From Hypanus sabinus (Eukaryota), in assembly GCF_030144855.1 (NCBI RefSeq), contig NC_082712.1, positions 22,196,001 through 22,260,000 of the forward strand: a stretch of DNA of 64,000 nt. The letters run 5' to 3'. The position numbers and the translations under genes are program-made. How positions within the stretch are numbered: the stretch's first letter is position 1; every line of letters begins with the position of its first letter. Shown here in pieces: positions 12,512-26,087 of this stretch. The notes under the pieces were generated by a model. It saw only the letters and a list, made by a program, of their open reading frames with translations. It was not told where the DNA came from and ran no database searches.

Positions 12512-13845
12512 AGATCTCTCCATTTCAATCTCTGGAGACACACAGTCTACTGATATCTTTTTTAAACCTACCAACTCCCATGGCTATCTTGACTATATCT
12601 CATCCCATCCTGTCTCCTGCAAAAGTTCCATTTCCTTTTCTCAGTCTCTTCATCTCCACTCCCAGGATGAGGTTTTCCATTCCAGGACATCAGAGATATT
12701 TTCCTTCAAGGAGTGGGGTTTCCCTTCCTCCACTGTTGATGCTGCCCTCACCTGCATCTCCTCCATTTCCCAGACACCTGCCTTCACCCAACTGTCGTAA
12801 CAGGGAAAGAGTTCCTCTTGTCCTCAACTACTACCCCATGAGCCTCTGCATCCAACACATGATTCTCTGCAGCTTCTGCCATCTTCAGCTAAGCACATCA
12901 TTACCTGCCCCTGCTCTCTGCTTTCTGAAAGGATCATTCCCTCCATAATTCCCATGTCCAGTCACCCGTCTGTACTGATCTCCCTCCTGGTACTTACCCC
13001 TGCAAGCAGAAGAAGTGCTACACCTGCTCATTCACCTCCTCCCTCACCTCCATTCATAGCCCCAAAAGGCCCCCCCAGGTGAGGAAACATTTCGCCTGTG
13101 AATCTGTTGGAGTCGTCGAGTGTATCTGGTGCTCTCAAAGCAGCCTCCTCTACATTGCTGAGACCCAAAGTAGATGGGGGGGGGGCACCTTGTTGGGCAT
13201 TTTTGCTACATCCACAAAAAAAAGTAGGATTTTCTAGTGGCCATCCATGTTAATTCCAATTCCCCGTTCCCATTCCTATGTGCCAGTCCATGGTGCCTCC
13301 ATGATGAGGCCGCTCCCAGGTTGGAAGAACAACACCTCATATTCCCTCTAGGTAGCCTCCAATCAGATGGCATGAACATTAATTTCTCCATCTTCAGGTA
13401 ATTTTGCCTCCTCCTCTTTCCCTCCTCTTCAATTCCCCACTCTGGCCTCTCAGCTCTTCTCCTCACCTGCCTCTTATCTCCCCCTCATGTCCCTTCTCCT
13501 TCCCTTTCTCTATTGGTTGAATTTCCTTTCCTATCAGATTCCTTCTTCTCCAGCCCTTTACCTTTTCTACCTATCACCTCCCAGATTCTTGCTTCATTCC
13601 TCTTCCTCTACCCTCCTGGCTTGACATATCACCTTCTAGCTTATACACCTTCCTCTCCTTCCACTTTCTTATTCTGGCTTCTTCCCCTTCCTTTCCAGTC
13701 CTGATGAAGGGTCACGGACCAAAATGTTGATTGCTATTTCAATTCCATAGGTCCTGTATGACCTGCTGAGTTCTCCAGTATTTTGTCTGTGTCTCTCTGG
13801 AGTTCCAGTATCTTATTTTGATGATCTGCAGAATCTCTTGTGTTT
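12512..13845 (+). mobile_element. Penelope-like element 3' half (RT C-terminus, GIY-YIG endonuclease, pLTR with hammerhead-like motif)
   Basis: TDIFFKPTNSHGYLDYISSHP..CK. A decayed GVVxCIWCS..LLYIxET motif lies at about 13105-13165, then a pyrimidine tract and cagtcctgatgaagggtcacggaccaaaatgttgattg at about 13696. Confidence 0.85.
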
Positions 13846-14179
13846 AGAATAGTCAAACTTTGAATTTTGCTTTCTAGTCGGTACAATTTATCCCACTACC
13901 AAATTCCTGTCTTCCCATAACCCCCCGAACTACACGAAGCAGTGAATGTCATGTTCAGATGTGCAAGCAAATAGCTTCGGATAAGACACCATGGTGGATA
14001 ACTTCAACAAACACTATGTTTGTCTTGAGGAGGAATGTCTAGACACCTTGCCAGATGAACTATCTGTACTTTAGTTAAAAAGACACCACACACTTAAGTT
14101 ACTGGGTGTACTTTTCTGTGTCCCTTGTCTTGCAAACTTGAGAGGTTAGAATTCACCCTCTACATTGTTTTCAGTCGCA

Positions 14180-15497
14180 GATCAGGAAATTATAGGCCAG
14201 TGAGTCTGACGTCAGTTGTGGTGAAATTATTGGAAGTTATTCTAAGGGATTGGATATCTCAGTATTTGGATAGGCATAGGCTGATTAAGGATAATCAGCA
14301 CGGCTTCGTACACAGTAGGTCACATCTGACGAATCTTATAGAATTTTTTGAGGAAATTACCAGGAAAGTGGATGAAGGCAAGACAGTGGATGTTGTCTAC
14401 ATGGTCTTCAGTAAGGCACTTGAAAAGTCCCACATGGGAAGCTGGTCAAGAAGATTCAGTCACTCGGCCTTCAGAATGAGGTAGTAAATTCAATTAGGTG
14501 TTGTCTTTGTGAGAGAAGCCAGAGGGTGGTGGTAGGGGGTTGCCTCTCTGACTGGAGGCCTGGGATTAATGGTGTGCTGCAGGGATCCCTGCTGGGACTA
14601 ATGATCTTGATAAAAATATGGATCAGGAAATTTGCAGATGACACCATGATTGGGGGTGTAATGGACACTACTGAAGGCTATCATGGCAGATGGATTTGCT
14701 GAAGAGTGGCAGATGGAATTTAATGCAGATAAGCGTGATGTTTTGAACGTCAGTAGGACCAATCTGGGTGAGTCTTACACAGTGAATGGTAGGGCACTGA
14801 GGAATGTGGTAGAACAAAGGGATCTGGAAATACAGGTATATGATTCATTGAAAGTGGCATCAGAGATAGATAAGATCATAAAGAAAACTTTTGACGCTTT
14901 GGCCTTCATAAATCAACGTAATGAGTACAGAGATGGGATACTATGTTGAAGTCAAGTAAGACATTAGTTAGGCCTAATTTGGAGTACTGTGTGAAATTTT
15001 GATTACCTACCTACAGGAAAGATGTAAACAAATTTGAAAGAGTACAGAGAAAATTTACAAGGATGGTGAAGGGCCTGAGTTATGAGGAAAGATTGAATAG
15101 GTTAGGATTGTATTCTTTGGAGCATAAAAGATTGAGAGGTGATTTGATAGAGGTATACAAAGTTATGAGAGGTATAGATAGGTAAATGCAAGCAGGCATT
15201 TTCCACTGAGGTTGGGTGGGATACAACCAGAGGTCATAGCTTAAGGGTGATAGGTGAGAAATTTAAGGGGAACATGAGGAGAAACTTCTTCACTCAGAAG
15301 GTTGCGAGAATGTGGAATGAGCTGCCAGTACAAGTAGTCCATGTGAGCTCGATTTCAATATTTAATTTAAGTTTGGATAGCTAGGAATATGGAGGGCTAT
15401 AGTCCCAGTGCAGGTCATTGTAGGTAGGCAGTTTAAATGGTTTCAGCATGGACTAGATGGGCCAAAGGGCCTGTTTCTGTGCTATACATTTCTATGA
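14180..15497 (+). mobile_element. CR1 LINE RT/3' end
   Basis: GNYRPVSLTSVV, QHGF, FADDT, WQMEFNADK; CR1 tail gggcctgtttctgtgct. Confidence 0.9.
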
Positions 15498-15944
15498 CCC
15501 AAAGATGAAGGGAGATGGCCAAAGAGTTAGGACAAAGTAAGCAGGTAGTTTTGGAAAGGCTTGAGAATGTTTTGCTCCATAACTATTATTCCGTTCTATC
15601 TACTGCTGAGAGGGAAGTTACCTTCAGGGTGGCTTAAAGCTCAAAGGAAAGAAGAGATTTACCAAAATAATTCGTGGTTTGGAGACTATTGTATTGGATA
15701 TTATATGTTTATACTGTTATTTGCAACTCTTTGAAGAAGTGGGCCAATAAACTCCTCTCTTGACTGAAAATCCAAGTTACAGAGGCATTTCATCCTAATA
15801 TTAATCCATTCTACATTAACAACAGTAAAAAAAACCAAGCTGCTGAAGAAACGCAGAGGATCAGGCAGCATCTCTTCAGGGATAGGCAAGGTCAGGGCAT
15901 GAAGCATCTAAGGAATAAAGTAAACAAGAATAAAGTAAATCTCC

Positions 15945-16900
15945 ATTGAGAGCAGGGGAGATTCAAACAAGAGGACATGAGTTAAGAGTTGGGGACAAAA
16001 GTTTAGGGGTAACACGAGGGGGAATTTCTTTACTCAGTGAGTGGTAGCTGTGTGGAATGAGCTTCCAATAGAAGTGGTAGAGGCAGGTTCAGTATTGTCA
16101 TTTAAAGTAAAGTTGGATAGGTATATGGACAGGAAAGGAATGGAGGGTTATGGGCTGAGTGTGGGTCAGTGGGACTAGGTGAGAGTAAGCGTTCGGCACG
16201 GACTAGAAGGGCCGAGATGTCCTGTTTCCATGCTGTAATTGTTATATGGTTATATAGTTATAAACAGTTGATGATTCGGGCCCAGATCCTTGTCTTTCAG
16301 TTCAGGTAAGTGCAACAGGTTGCATTCTGGGGAGTCAAATCAGGGTCGGACTCATGGAGAATGATCGGGTCCTGAGGAGTGTTGTGGAACAGAGGAACTG
16401 AGGAGTACATCGTTCAGTGGACATGATGTCTCAGGTAGACAGGGTGATGAAGAAAATGTTTGATATTTGGATCTTCATCAGTCAGGGCAGTGAGTGAAGG
16501 AGTTGGGAGATTGCAGTTGTTGCAGTTACATCTTGCAGTTGTACAGACGTTGGTGAGGTTGCAGTATAAAGTTTTGATCAACCTGTTATAAGAAAGATAT
16601 CATTAAGCTGGAACAAATGCAAAGAGGACTTACAGGAGTGTTACCAGAACTCAAAGCCCAGGTCTTCAGTAGATTCTAGGCGGAGACTGGGGATTGACCT
16701 CACCTGCTCCATTGTAATCCTATAGCTCTCTAAACCTCTCCTATCCAGGGACTTTACCAAATAGCTTTTAGATGTTGCTAATGTGCCTGCCTTAACCACT
16801 ATTTCTGGCAGCTCACTTGAATTCAACAGCACCCTTTCTGTGAAGTTGCCCCTGATATCTCTTTTAAGGCACTCAACTCTGATCATAAATCTTTAACCCC
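15945..16900. mobile_element. Cluster of short CR1 3' fragments in both orientations
   Basis: 15945-16262 (+, with tail atatggttatat), about 16300-16640 (+), about 16700-16900 (-). Confidence 0.7.
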
Positions 16901-16904
16901 AGTG

Positions 16905-17500
16905 CCCTTGAATGGAAAATCCTACAAAAAGTGATGAACGCAGCCCAGCCCTTCATGAGTAAAGCCCTTTCCCACCACTGAGCAGATTTACAAGAAGCAC
17001 TGTTACCGTAAAGAAGCATCCATCATCAAGAATCCCTGCCATCTTTCCCAGACTGTACTCTCTTCTTGCTACCACCATCAGGAAGGATGTACCGGAGCCA
17101 CGAATTCCACAACACCAAATTTAGGAACAGTTATTACTCCTCAAACATCAGGTTTTTGATCCAGAGGAAGTAACTTCACTCAACTTCACTCACACCCACA
17201 ATGATCCTAAAACCTACCTATGGGCTCACTTTCAAGGATTCATCAACTCATGTTCTCAATATTTATTGCTTATTTATTTATTTATTTATTATTATTATTA
17301 TTATTTTGTTTTTCTTTTCTTTTGTATTTGTACAGTTTGTTGTCTTTTGCACACTTGTTGTTTGTCTTTGTTGTGTGCTTTTTTCCATTATTTCTATCGT
17401 GTTTCTTTGTATTTCCTGTGAATGCCCACAAGAAAATTAATCTTAGGATTGTATAAGGTGGCATGTATATACTTTGATAATAAGTTTGCTGTGAACGTTT
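16905..17500 (+). mobile_element. Rex/Babar-type 3' fragment
   Basis: Decayed LQKV..AQ..KAASIIK.P..P...LPSGR motif plus the family tail. Confidence 0.7.
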
Positions 17501-17769
17501 CTTATTTTATCCTTCTGCTCTTATTATATAACATTCTTCTTATTCCAGCTTTGGTCACTAGATGGAAGTCAAGCCTCATCTTCCAAGGATCCAAAGCAAC
17601 CTTCTTCTTAAACCCAAGAGTGAGATCACTTCTACACCACACTCAATGATTTGCTCAACTTCCTTTATCTAAGGTTAAAGGTATTTGGAGGGGACTTCTA
17701 TGCACCCACCCCCAAGATATTTCCTCTTTATTAGACCTATTTTTCTACCTCTTTTGCCTTATGACTGAC

Positions 17770-20540
17770 CATAAGACAAAGGAGCAGAATTAGGCCATTC
17801 AGCCCATTGAGTCTGCTTTGCCATTCCATCTTGGCTAATCCTGGATACCACTCAACCCAGTACCCCTGCCTTCTCACCATATTCTTTGATGCCCTGACCA
17901 ATCAGTAAAAGATCAACTTCCGCCTTAAGTATACTTATGTACTTGGCCTCCACTGCAGTCTATGGCAGGGCATTCCACAGATTCATTACTCTCTGGCAAA
18001 AAAAAATCCTCCTTATCTCTGTTCTAAAAGGTCACCCCTCAATTCTGAGGTTGTGCCCTCAAGTTCTGGATGCCCCCACCATAGAAAACATCCTCTCCAC
18101 ATCTGCCATACTTAGTTATTACAATATTCAGTAGGTTTCAATTGCATCCCCACACATCCTTCTAAGTTCCAGTGAGTACAGGCCAAAGCTGCCAAACTCT
18201 CCTCATATGTTTCTCTCCTCTCCCTTTATTCCTGGAATCACCCTCACGAACCTCCTCGGGACTCTCTCCAATGACAACACATCCTTCCTGAGATATGCGG
18301 CCCAAAACTAATGTCTTATAAAGGCTCAGCATTATCTCCTTGCTTTCATATTCTATTCATCTTGAAATTAATGCCAACATAGCATTTGCCTTCTTTACCA
18401 CAGACTCAAACTGTAAATTAACCTTCTGGGAGTCTTTAACAAGGACTTCTAAATCCCTCTGCACCTCTGATGCTTGAAGCTTCTCCACATTTAGATAACA
18501 GTCCACACTATTGTTCCTTTTATCAAAATGTATTATCATATATTTCCCAACACTGTATTCCATCTGCCACTTTTTTGCCCGTTTTTCCTATTTGTCTTGC
18601 TCAATTGCATTTTTTTCCTCAGCACTACTTTCCCCAACACCTATCTTTGTATCATTCACAAAGCCATCCATTCCATTATCAAAATCATTGACCATTGACA
18701 AACAATGTATGTGGTCCCAATACTGACCCATGAGGAACACCACGAGTCACTGACTTCCAATCAGAAAAGGCCCCCTTTTTACTGCCTCCTGCCTGTCAGC
18801 CATTCCGCTATCCATGCCAGTATCTTTCCTGTAACACCATAAGATTTTATCTTGTTAAGCAGCCTCATGTGTGGCACCTTATCAAATGCCTTCTGAAAGT
18901 CCAAGAAAATGACATCTACTGCCTTTCCCTTGTCCACCCTGCTTGTTACTTCCTCAAAGTACTCTAATTGATTTGTCAGGCAAGATTTCCCTTTACAGAA
19001 AAAAATGCTGAATTTGACTTACTTTATCATTAGTCTCCAAGTACCTCAAAAGCACATTCTTAATAATAGACTTCAACAGTTTACCAACCACTGACTTTAA
19101 GCTATCTGGCCTATAATTTCCTTTTCTTTGCCTTCCTCCCTTCTTGAGGAATAGAGTAACATTTGCAAACTTCCAGTCTTCTGGGACCATGCCAAAATCA
19201 AGTGATTCTTGAAAGATCATGACTAATGTACCCATTATCTCTTCAGTAACTTCTCTCAGGACTCTAGGATTTAATCCATCTAGTCCAAGTGAGTTATCCA
19301 CTAAGGCCTTTCAGTGTGTCTGGCACTTTTTCTTTTGTAATAGCAATGGCACTCGCTCCTGCTCCCTGACACTTACAAACCTCTGGCACTCTCCACAGTG
19401 AAGACAAATGCATAGCACCCATTAAGTCCATCTGCCATTTCTTTATCCCCCATTACTACCTCACCAGCATCATTTTCCAGTGGTCTAATATTAACTCTCA
19501 TCTCCCTTTTTACTCTTTATATAACTGAGAAAACTTTTCATGTCCTGCTTTATATTATTGACTAGTTTGCCCTCATATTCCATCTTTTCCCTTCTTATAG
19601 CTTTTTTAGCTGCCTTTTGTTGGATTTTAAAAGCTTCCCACTCATCCGACTTCCCACTTACTTTTGCTACCTCATATGTCCTTTTCTTGGCTTTCTGCAG
19701 TCCTTAATTTCCCTTGTTAGCCACAGTTACCTACCCCTGCCATTTGAGAACTTCTTCTGTGGGACATATCTATCCTGTGCCTTGTGAACTATTCCCAGAA
19801 ACTTCAGCCATCCCTGCTCTGCCGTCATCCCTGTCAGTATCCTCCTCCAATCCACCTGGGCAAGTTCACCTCTCATGCCTCTGTAAATCCCATTATTCCA
19901 TTATAATACTGATACATGTGACTTGTGCTTCTCCCACTCAAATTGCAGTATGATTTCAATCATATTATGATCGCTGCCTCTTAAATGTTCCTTTACAGTA
20001 AGCTCCCTAATAAGATCTGGGTTATTACACAACACCCAATCTGAGATAGTCTTTCCCCGAGTAGGCTCAAGCACAAGCTGCTCTAAAAAGCCATACATTC
20101 AACAATTTCTCTCTCTTGAGATCCAACACCAACCTGCTTTTCCCAATCCCCTTGCATATTGAAGTCCCCCATTACCATTGTGTCGTTACCCTTATTACAT
20201 GCCCTGTCCAGATCTCTTTGCAATCTCAACCCCATATCTTGACTATTTGGAGGCCTATATATAATACCTGTGATGGTTTATTTACCCTTGCAGTTTCCTA
20301 ACTCCACCCACAAAGATTGGGCATTTTCTGATTCTACGTCACCTCTTTCTAAAGATGTAATTGCATCTCTTGCCAACAGACCACACCACCACCTATGCCT
20401 TGCTGCCTATCCTTTCGATACAAAGTATATCCTTCGAAGTTAATCCTTCTTTAGCCGCAACTCCGTGATGCCCACAACATCCTACCAACCAATCTGTAAT
20501 CACACCACGAGTTCATCCACCTTATTCTGAATGCTATATG
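17770..20540 (-). mobile_element. CR1 LINE, decayed ORF2 from endonuclease to 3' tail
   Basis: ORFs 19901-20098 (FLEQLVLEPTRG..SDHNMI), 18993-19301 (PEDWK..GNYRP) and 18357-18563; tail at about 17770. Confidence 0.9.
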
Positions 20541-20723
20541 TTCTCTATTTTAATAATGGTTAGGGTATCACAAGCTCCTGAAACTCCAGTTTCAATTGAT
20601 ACATAATGGACTAACCAATCTCTTTCTCTGGTATATTTGTGTCAGAGGTAGTCTCAATATTACCTAAAGGCCATGAGTGCATCATGCACTGGTCACTGGA
20701 CTTATGATAAAAACACAATGAGA

Positions 20724-21530
20724 TTCTGATGAAGGGTCTCGGCCCAAAATATCGACTGTTTACTCTTTTCCATAGATACTGTTTGGCCTGCTGAGTTCCT
20801 CCAGCATTTTGTGTGTATACTCTTGATTTCCAGCATCTGCAGATTTTCTCTTGTTTGAGGTTCTGCAGGTGCTAGAATTACAGAACAACACTCACAAAAT
20901 GCTGCAGGAACTCAGCAGGTCAGGCAGCATCTATACAGGGGAATAGGAATCAATGTTTTGGGCTGAAACCCTTCTTTAGAACTGATTGACTGTTGAAGGT
21001 TCTCAGCCTGAAACATTGACCTCTCAAGAGGCGCTGCCTGACATGCTGAGTCCCTTTGGCGTTTTTTGTGTGTTGCTTCTGACAAAATTCACTTGTCCAC
21101 AGATGTCTACCAGTGAAAAGGACCAGAACATATCCCCACACATGCTCACTCACCATTCCCCATTCCTTTTTCCTTCTCTCACCCTTATTTCCTTACCTAC
21201 CCATCACCTCCCTCTGGTGCTCCTACCCCTTCCCTTTATTCCATTGTCTTCTATACTCTCTGATAACCCTTAACTCTTTCACCAATCAACTTCCCAGCTC
21301 TTTACCTCACCCTCTCCCAGTTTGACCTATCACCTGCCACCTTGTGCTTCTTCCTCCCCACACCCCACTTTCTTATTCTGACTTCTCCCCCTCCTTTCCA
21401 GTCCTGATGAAGGGTCTCGGCCCAAAACGTTGACTGTTCACTCTTTTCCATAGATGCTGCCTGGCCTGCTGAGTTCCTTCAGCATTTTGTGCGTGTTGCT
21501 TGGATTTCCAGCATCTGCAGATTTTCTCAC
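20724..21530. mobile_element. Cluster of four Penelope pLTR units (+,-,+,+) with a Penelope internal fragment
   Basis: Repeated cctgatgaagggtctcggccc(g/a)aaac...gatgctgcctg..ctgctgagttcctccagc unit at about 20724, 20985 (-), 20986 and 21399. Confidence 0.75.
21399..21436 (+). ncRNA. Minimal type I hammerhead ribozyme motif (G12 to A, probably inactive)
   Basis: CAGUC-CUGAUGA-A-GGGU(CUCG)GCCC-AAAA-CGUU-GACUG. Stem I, stem II and the palindromic stem III are present; GAAA is mutated at a CpG. Confidence 0.6.
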
Positions 21531-21967
21531 GGTTGAGGCACAAGAAACTACTGCAATCTTGGATTGTTTATTGCTGTGTACAGTACGAATGCCTGTGTTG
21601 ACAATGCTAACTTGTTAAGTCCAGCAAGACCAATTATATACTTCATTTGAGAATAACTTAATTGTCAAGCTTGAAGGTGAGGGAGAATTGTACTGGTACC
21701 GGTGGAAAGCTAGATTAAAGGCACTGCAGCCATTGTTCAGTTACAAAGATTATGCAATTATTTTCTCAAGGAACAAACTGATTCTAACAGGAGCCTAAAG
21801 ACACAGTGTTTAGGAACACCACCTTTCCCTCTGCCGTCAGATTCTTGAACGGACAATGAACCTATCCACACTTCCTCATTATTCTTTTTTCTTTTTTTGT
21901 TCTCTTTTTGCACCATTGTTTAATTTTATTATTTACTGTACTGTGCTAAAGTCAGGCACATATATAT

Positions 21968-22738
21968 ATCTGCAGCTTAATGTGAAAAAGACTAAAGAGC
22001 TGGTGGTGGACCTGAGGAGGGCTATGGCATCGGTGACCCCTTTTTCCATCCAAGGGGTCAGTGTGGACATGGTGGAGGATTACAAATACCTGGGGATACG
22101 AATGAACAATAAACTGGACTAGTCAAAGAACACTGAGGGTGTCTACAAGAAGGGTCAGAGCTGTCTCTATTTCCTGAGGAGAATGAGGTCCTTTAACGTC
22201 TGCCGGACGATGCTGAGGATGTTCTATGAGGCTGTGGTGGCTAGTGCTATCATGTTTGCTGTTGTGTGTGCTGGGGCAGCAGGCTGAGGGTAGTAGACAC
22301 AAACAGAATCAACAAACTCATTTGTAAGGCCAGTGATGTTGTGGGGGTGGAACTAGACTCTCTGACAGTGGTGTCTGAAAAGAGGATGCTGTCCAAGTTG
22401 CATGCCATCTTGGACAATGACTCCCATCCACTCCATAATGTACTTGTTAGGCACAGGAGTACATTCAGCCAGAGACTCATTCCACCGAGATGTAACACTG
22501 AGTGTCATAGGGAGTCATTCCTACCTGTGGCCATCAAACTTTACAACTCCTCCCTCGGAGTGTCAGATACCCTGTGCCAATAGGCTGGTCCTGGACTTAT
22601 TTCCACTTGGCATGATTAATTTAATATTATTTAATTATTTATGGTTTTATATTACTATATTTCTTCACTATTCTTGGTTGGTGCGGCTGTAACAAAACCT
22701 AATTTCCCTCAGGATCAATAAAGTATGTCTGTCTGTCT
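21968..22738 (+). mobile_element. Rex1-like LINE 3' fragment inserted in a (TA)n tract
   Basis: LQLNVKKTKELVVD..YKYLG and RLIPPRCNTE..SFLPVAIKLYNSS; tail caataaagtat(gtct)n. Confidence 0.85.
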
Positions 22739-23141
22739 ATATATATATATATAGTTACAGTGTCTAAGACTTTTTCACAGTACTCTATTTGTCAATGTGG
22801 AGTGGAGACAAAATTTGTAAGTCTGGTGGGAGCAAAGGATGTTGGGAATGGCAAAGGTGGAGTGTCACGGGAGGGATGTAGGACAGGTGACAGAGAAGGA
22901 TTGCCAGGGGCAGGGAGTGGCGAGGGTGCAGCCACATCCAACCCTGAGACAACAGGCAAGGTCATTTGATTCCAAATAATTGGTTTACTGATCATTAGAA
23001 AATGTCTTTCTGGCGCTTCCTGCTCCCTCCCCTCTCCCTTCCCCTTTTCCCAACCATGATTCCCCTCTCCCTGCCCCCTTCCCACTCTCAGTCCACAATA
23101 AAGACCCATATCAATATCTGGTATATCATCACTCATGTGTG

Positions 23142-23737
23142 TGTAGGGTTCTCAGTAACAGTAACAGTGGTGTTAACTGTTCAGGCTAAAAAAAATGGCT
23201 TCTCTTTATTGTTATAATGGGATTCTGTGTCTGGTATGTTTGGGTTATAGTTACTGATAAGGGGGAAAATAACCAATTGAGAATTGTTGAGCTATCTTGT
23301 CCGTGTAAGCTGAGTGGGAGTTCGCTGTCTTTTTCGGGAGGAGAACAAGGAGAACGGTCGTGTGTGGAGCAGACAGCGGTTCCAGAGCAACGGATACTGG
23401 ACGTCAGCGGTTCGGACGGCAGCCGAAGGCTCAGAAGGTCATTGTGGAAGGAACTGGAGGTGTGAGCTCCAACGTATTAAAATATGTGCACAAACTGACA
23501 AACTGATTATTACTTTGGCACCTTTAGGTTATCTGTTTTTACTAACCCATCACTAAGAAATAGCTATAAAGTTGCAATTATTTACCTGCTTTTGGGTATT
23601 GTCTGGTATTTGTGTTGCGAGCGTGTACTTGGGGGGGGGGGCATTACACCGTATTTACACCGAAGTATTGCACTACTTGCGGGGCAACGGAGGTTCACCC
23701 TAGGCGAACGGGGTCAACTGGAGGCACGGAGGCTACT
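23142..23737. mobile_element. Probable solo LTR (Gypsy-like)
   Basis: Starts TGTAG and ends CTAC(T), a near-inverted repeat. 4 bp TSD tgtg/cgtg. CpG-rich, and it cleanly splits the host element. Confidence 0.7.
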
Positions 23738-25639
23738 CGTGTCACAAAATTAGTTTTGTTCTGCGGCAGCAGTACAATGCAATACATAAAATACTGCAAC
23801 ACAATGAAAACTGCCAGTTGGTTGTTATGTCTCCATTCTTGCTGCAGAAACGGAGACATCTCTTTCTCCTTTATTAGGGAGGGGGTTGGAGTACTGCAAA
23901 TCTGCCTTTGCTCTTGTTTTTGCTGCACACTTGAGTGCTTGATGGTGGGTGCTGATGCTTTTTTTTTGCTGGTGGGGAGAGGGGGGATCATTGTTTGCTG
24001 CCACTTACGTGAGGGAGGAAGGGGAGCCGAGGGGAGCACTTTGGGGTTCTAACACTTAACTGTCATTCATTTCTTGGGGCACCCCTCTGTTTTTGTGGAT
24101 GGCTGTGAAGAAAAAGCATTTCAGGATGTATATTGTATACATTTCTTAGACATTAAATGTACCTTTGACCCTTTGTATATATGTGCCTAAAACTAAAAAT
24201 CATATATATTTCTTAGTGAAAATTAACGGTTTTTTATAATGTATTGCCACTTACTGCTGCCACAAAGCAACAGGTTTCATGACATATGCTAATATGAATC
24301 TGGTTTTGATTATGTATCTGAAAGGTTTATCTTTTATAGATTATTCATTTTAAATTGAATCGTGCCAATTCTACATCATGTTTTCTCATCCAATATGGAA
24401 TTGATGAATCAATAAAAGCCAGTTGAGTAACAGATAGCTGGGGAAATAATGAGATGCTAATTTAATTGGGATGTTCAGATGATGGCATGAAGCAGGTTTT
24501 ATGGATGATCTCAACCTTTAAATTAAATTACAGCCTTTCAACCCACTCGACACTGCCATTTTTTTTCCTCCCCATGTAATCTCTGTTAATTTGTTTTAGC
24601 GGTAGCCTCAATTGTTCCTCTTCATCTTTCTCAGTCTCCAAGAGTGGCTGTGTTGTCCTGCGGGCCACGGGGATCAAGCACAACTCAAGTACTTATCACA
24701 TTTAAGTGGTACTAGACTGCAGGAGTTACAAATACCTGTTACATACTCCACACCTCACACGTGGTCACCCTCCAACACGGGTGCGCATCCAAAGGCATGG
24801 CCACTGAGTAACATGTACATGATAGGTGCAGAGGAATCAATACTGACGGCTAATAACTAGCAAATAGTGATGTGGATTCTGCTCATGTGATAACAGAGAA
24901 CCATTAGAGACATGGAATGTAGCAGCAACAACACCCAAGTTTCAGGAACTTCACTAATTATGTTACAGTGTCCACCCTTTGTTGTAATGGAAAACTGCAT
25001 TTACTGTTAGACCTGTGGATAATTATTTTATTCTATTGTCGGGACCTGGTCTGTTACTTAATTAAGTCTTCCTGTAGCCACCATTCTTTTATTCATTGTA
25101 GTTTTACTGGTAATCTCATCAACTGAGAATGTAAACAGAGGCAAGGGTCGCTCGCCGGTGATTTTCATTCTTTACTCTGCAGCGCAGAGGCTGTGAATCT
25201 GCTCCTGTCGCTATGCGCTTCGTGTCTGCGAGCTTTGTGGCAGTTTGCCCCACTATATGATGAACTGAAACCAAGGCTTTGGGCCTACTCTGGCTGCTCC
25301 AAGGATTCAGGCCTATGGACTCAATTTGGCTCAGAATGCTGTTGCTCGCTTCTATTGTTTGCATGATTCGAGTTTTTCCCTTCTTTTGCTGCGCATTGGC
25401 TTTAATTATTTTAATTGGGTTCCTTCGAATTTCTTGCATTGTGGCTGTCAGTAAGCAGATAAATCTCAAGGCTGAGTAATTTATAACTTTGATAATAAAT
25501 TTTGAATCTTAAAAGCTGTACCAAATTCACATTCAGGTAGACCAGCTTTGGATGCATTGAAGTTATTAACGAATTGCCCATTATTTCAAGCTCAACTCTG
25601 TACGGTCTTTCAGTTTGCTCCTACAATGATCGAGCAACA

Positions 25640-26065
25640 GCCCGATATATGTACATACAGCCTAACATGTACAATCTCAGTGTCTCCCTCACAAACACGA
25701 GTCACACTCTCACTCATCTGTTCACTTTACAAGTGTTCATGCACATAGTCACCCAAGTTCAAATGGACTTATTCAGAAGTCCATTTCCACACACACACAA
25801 GGTCCAACAAATAATTGCATGCAAGGGCACCCATGTGTGCGGTCGTTCGCACCCAGTCACACATGCAAACTCAATCAGTCTTCCTCTCCAGTACAAATAC
25901 AAAATGAATCACACATATGCATTTACAGATGCACAAACAAAATCACACGTTTTGCATTAACATACGCAGTCACATCAATAGATGCACATGTATACATATA
26001 CAACCACTCATGCACATGCTCAGGCACAGAACCATGCAAGCCCACACACATGAACATACACAGGG
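25640..26065. repeat. Degenerate CA-rich low-complexity tract
   Basis: Cryptic (CA)n; similar tracts at 27845-28230 and 40340-40460. Confidence 0.7.
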
Positions 26066-26087
26066 AAGCAATGCTTATAGGCGATGT

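Larger units (their letters stand above)
21935..23800 (-). mobile_element. Composite Tc1/mariner-like non-autonomous element, interrupted by Rex and a solo LTR
   Basis: Palindromic end tactgtgctaaagtcaggcac(ta)n..gtgtctaagactttttcacagta; the cargo is the inverted homolog of 56005-56500. Confidence 0.65.
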
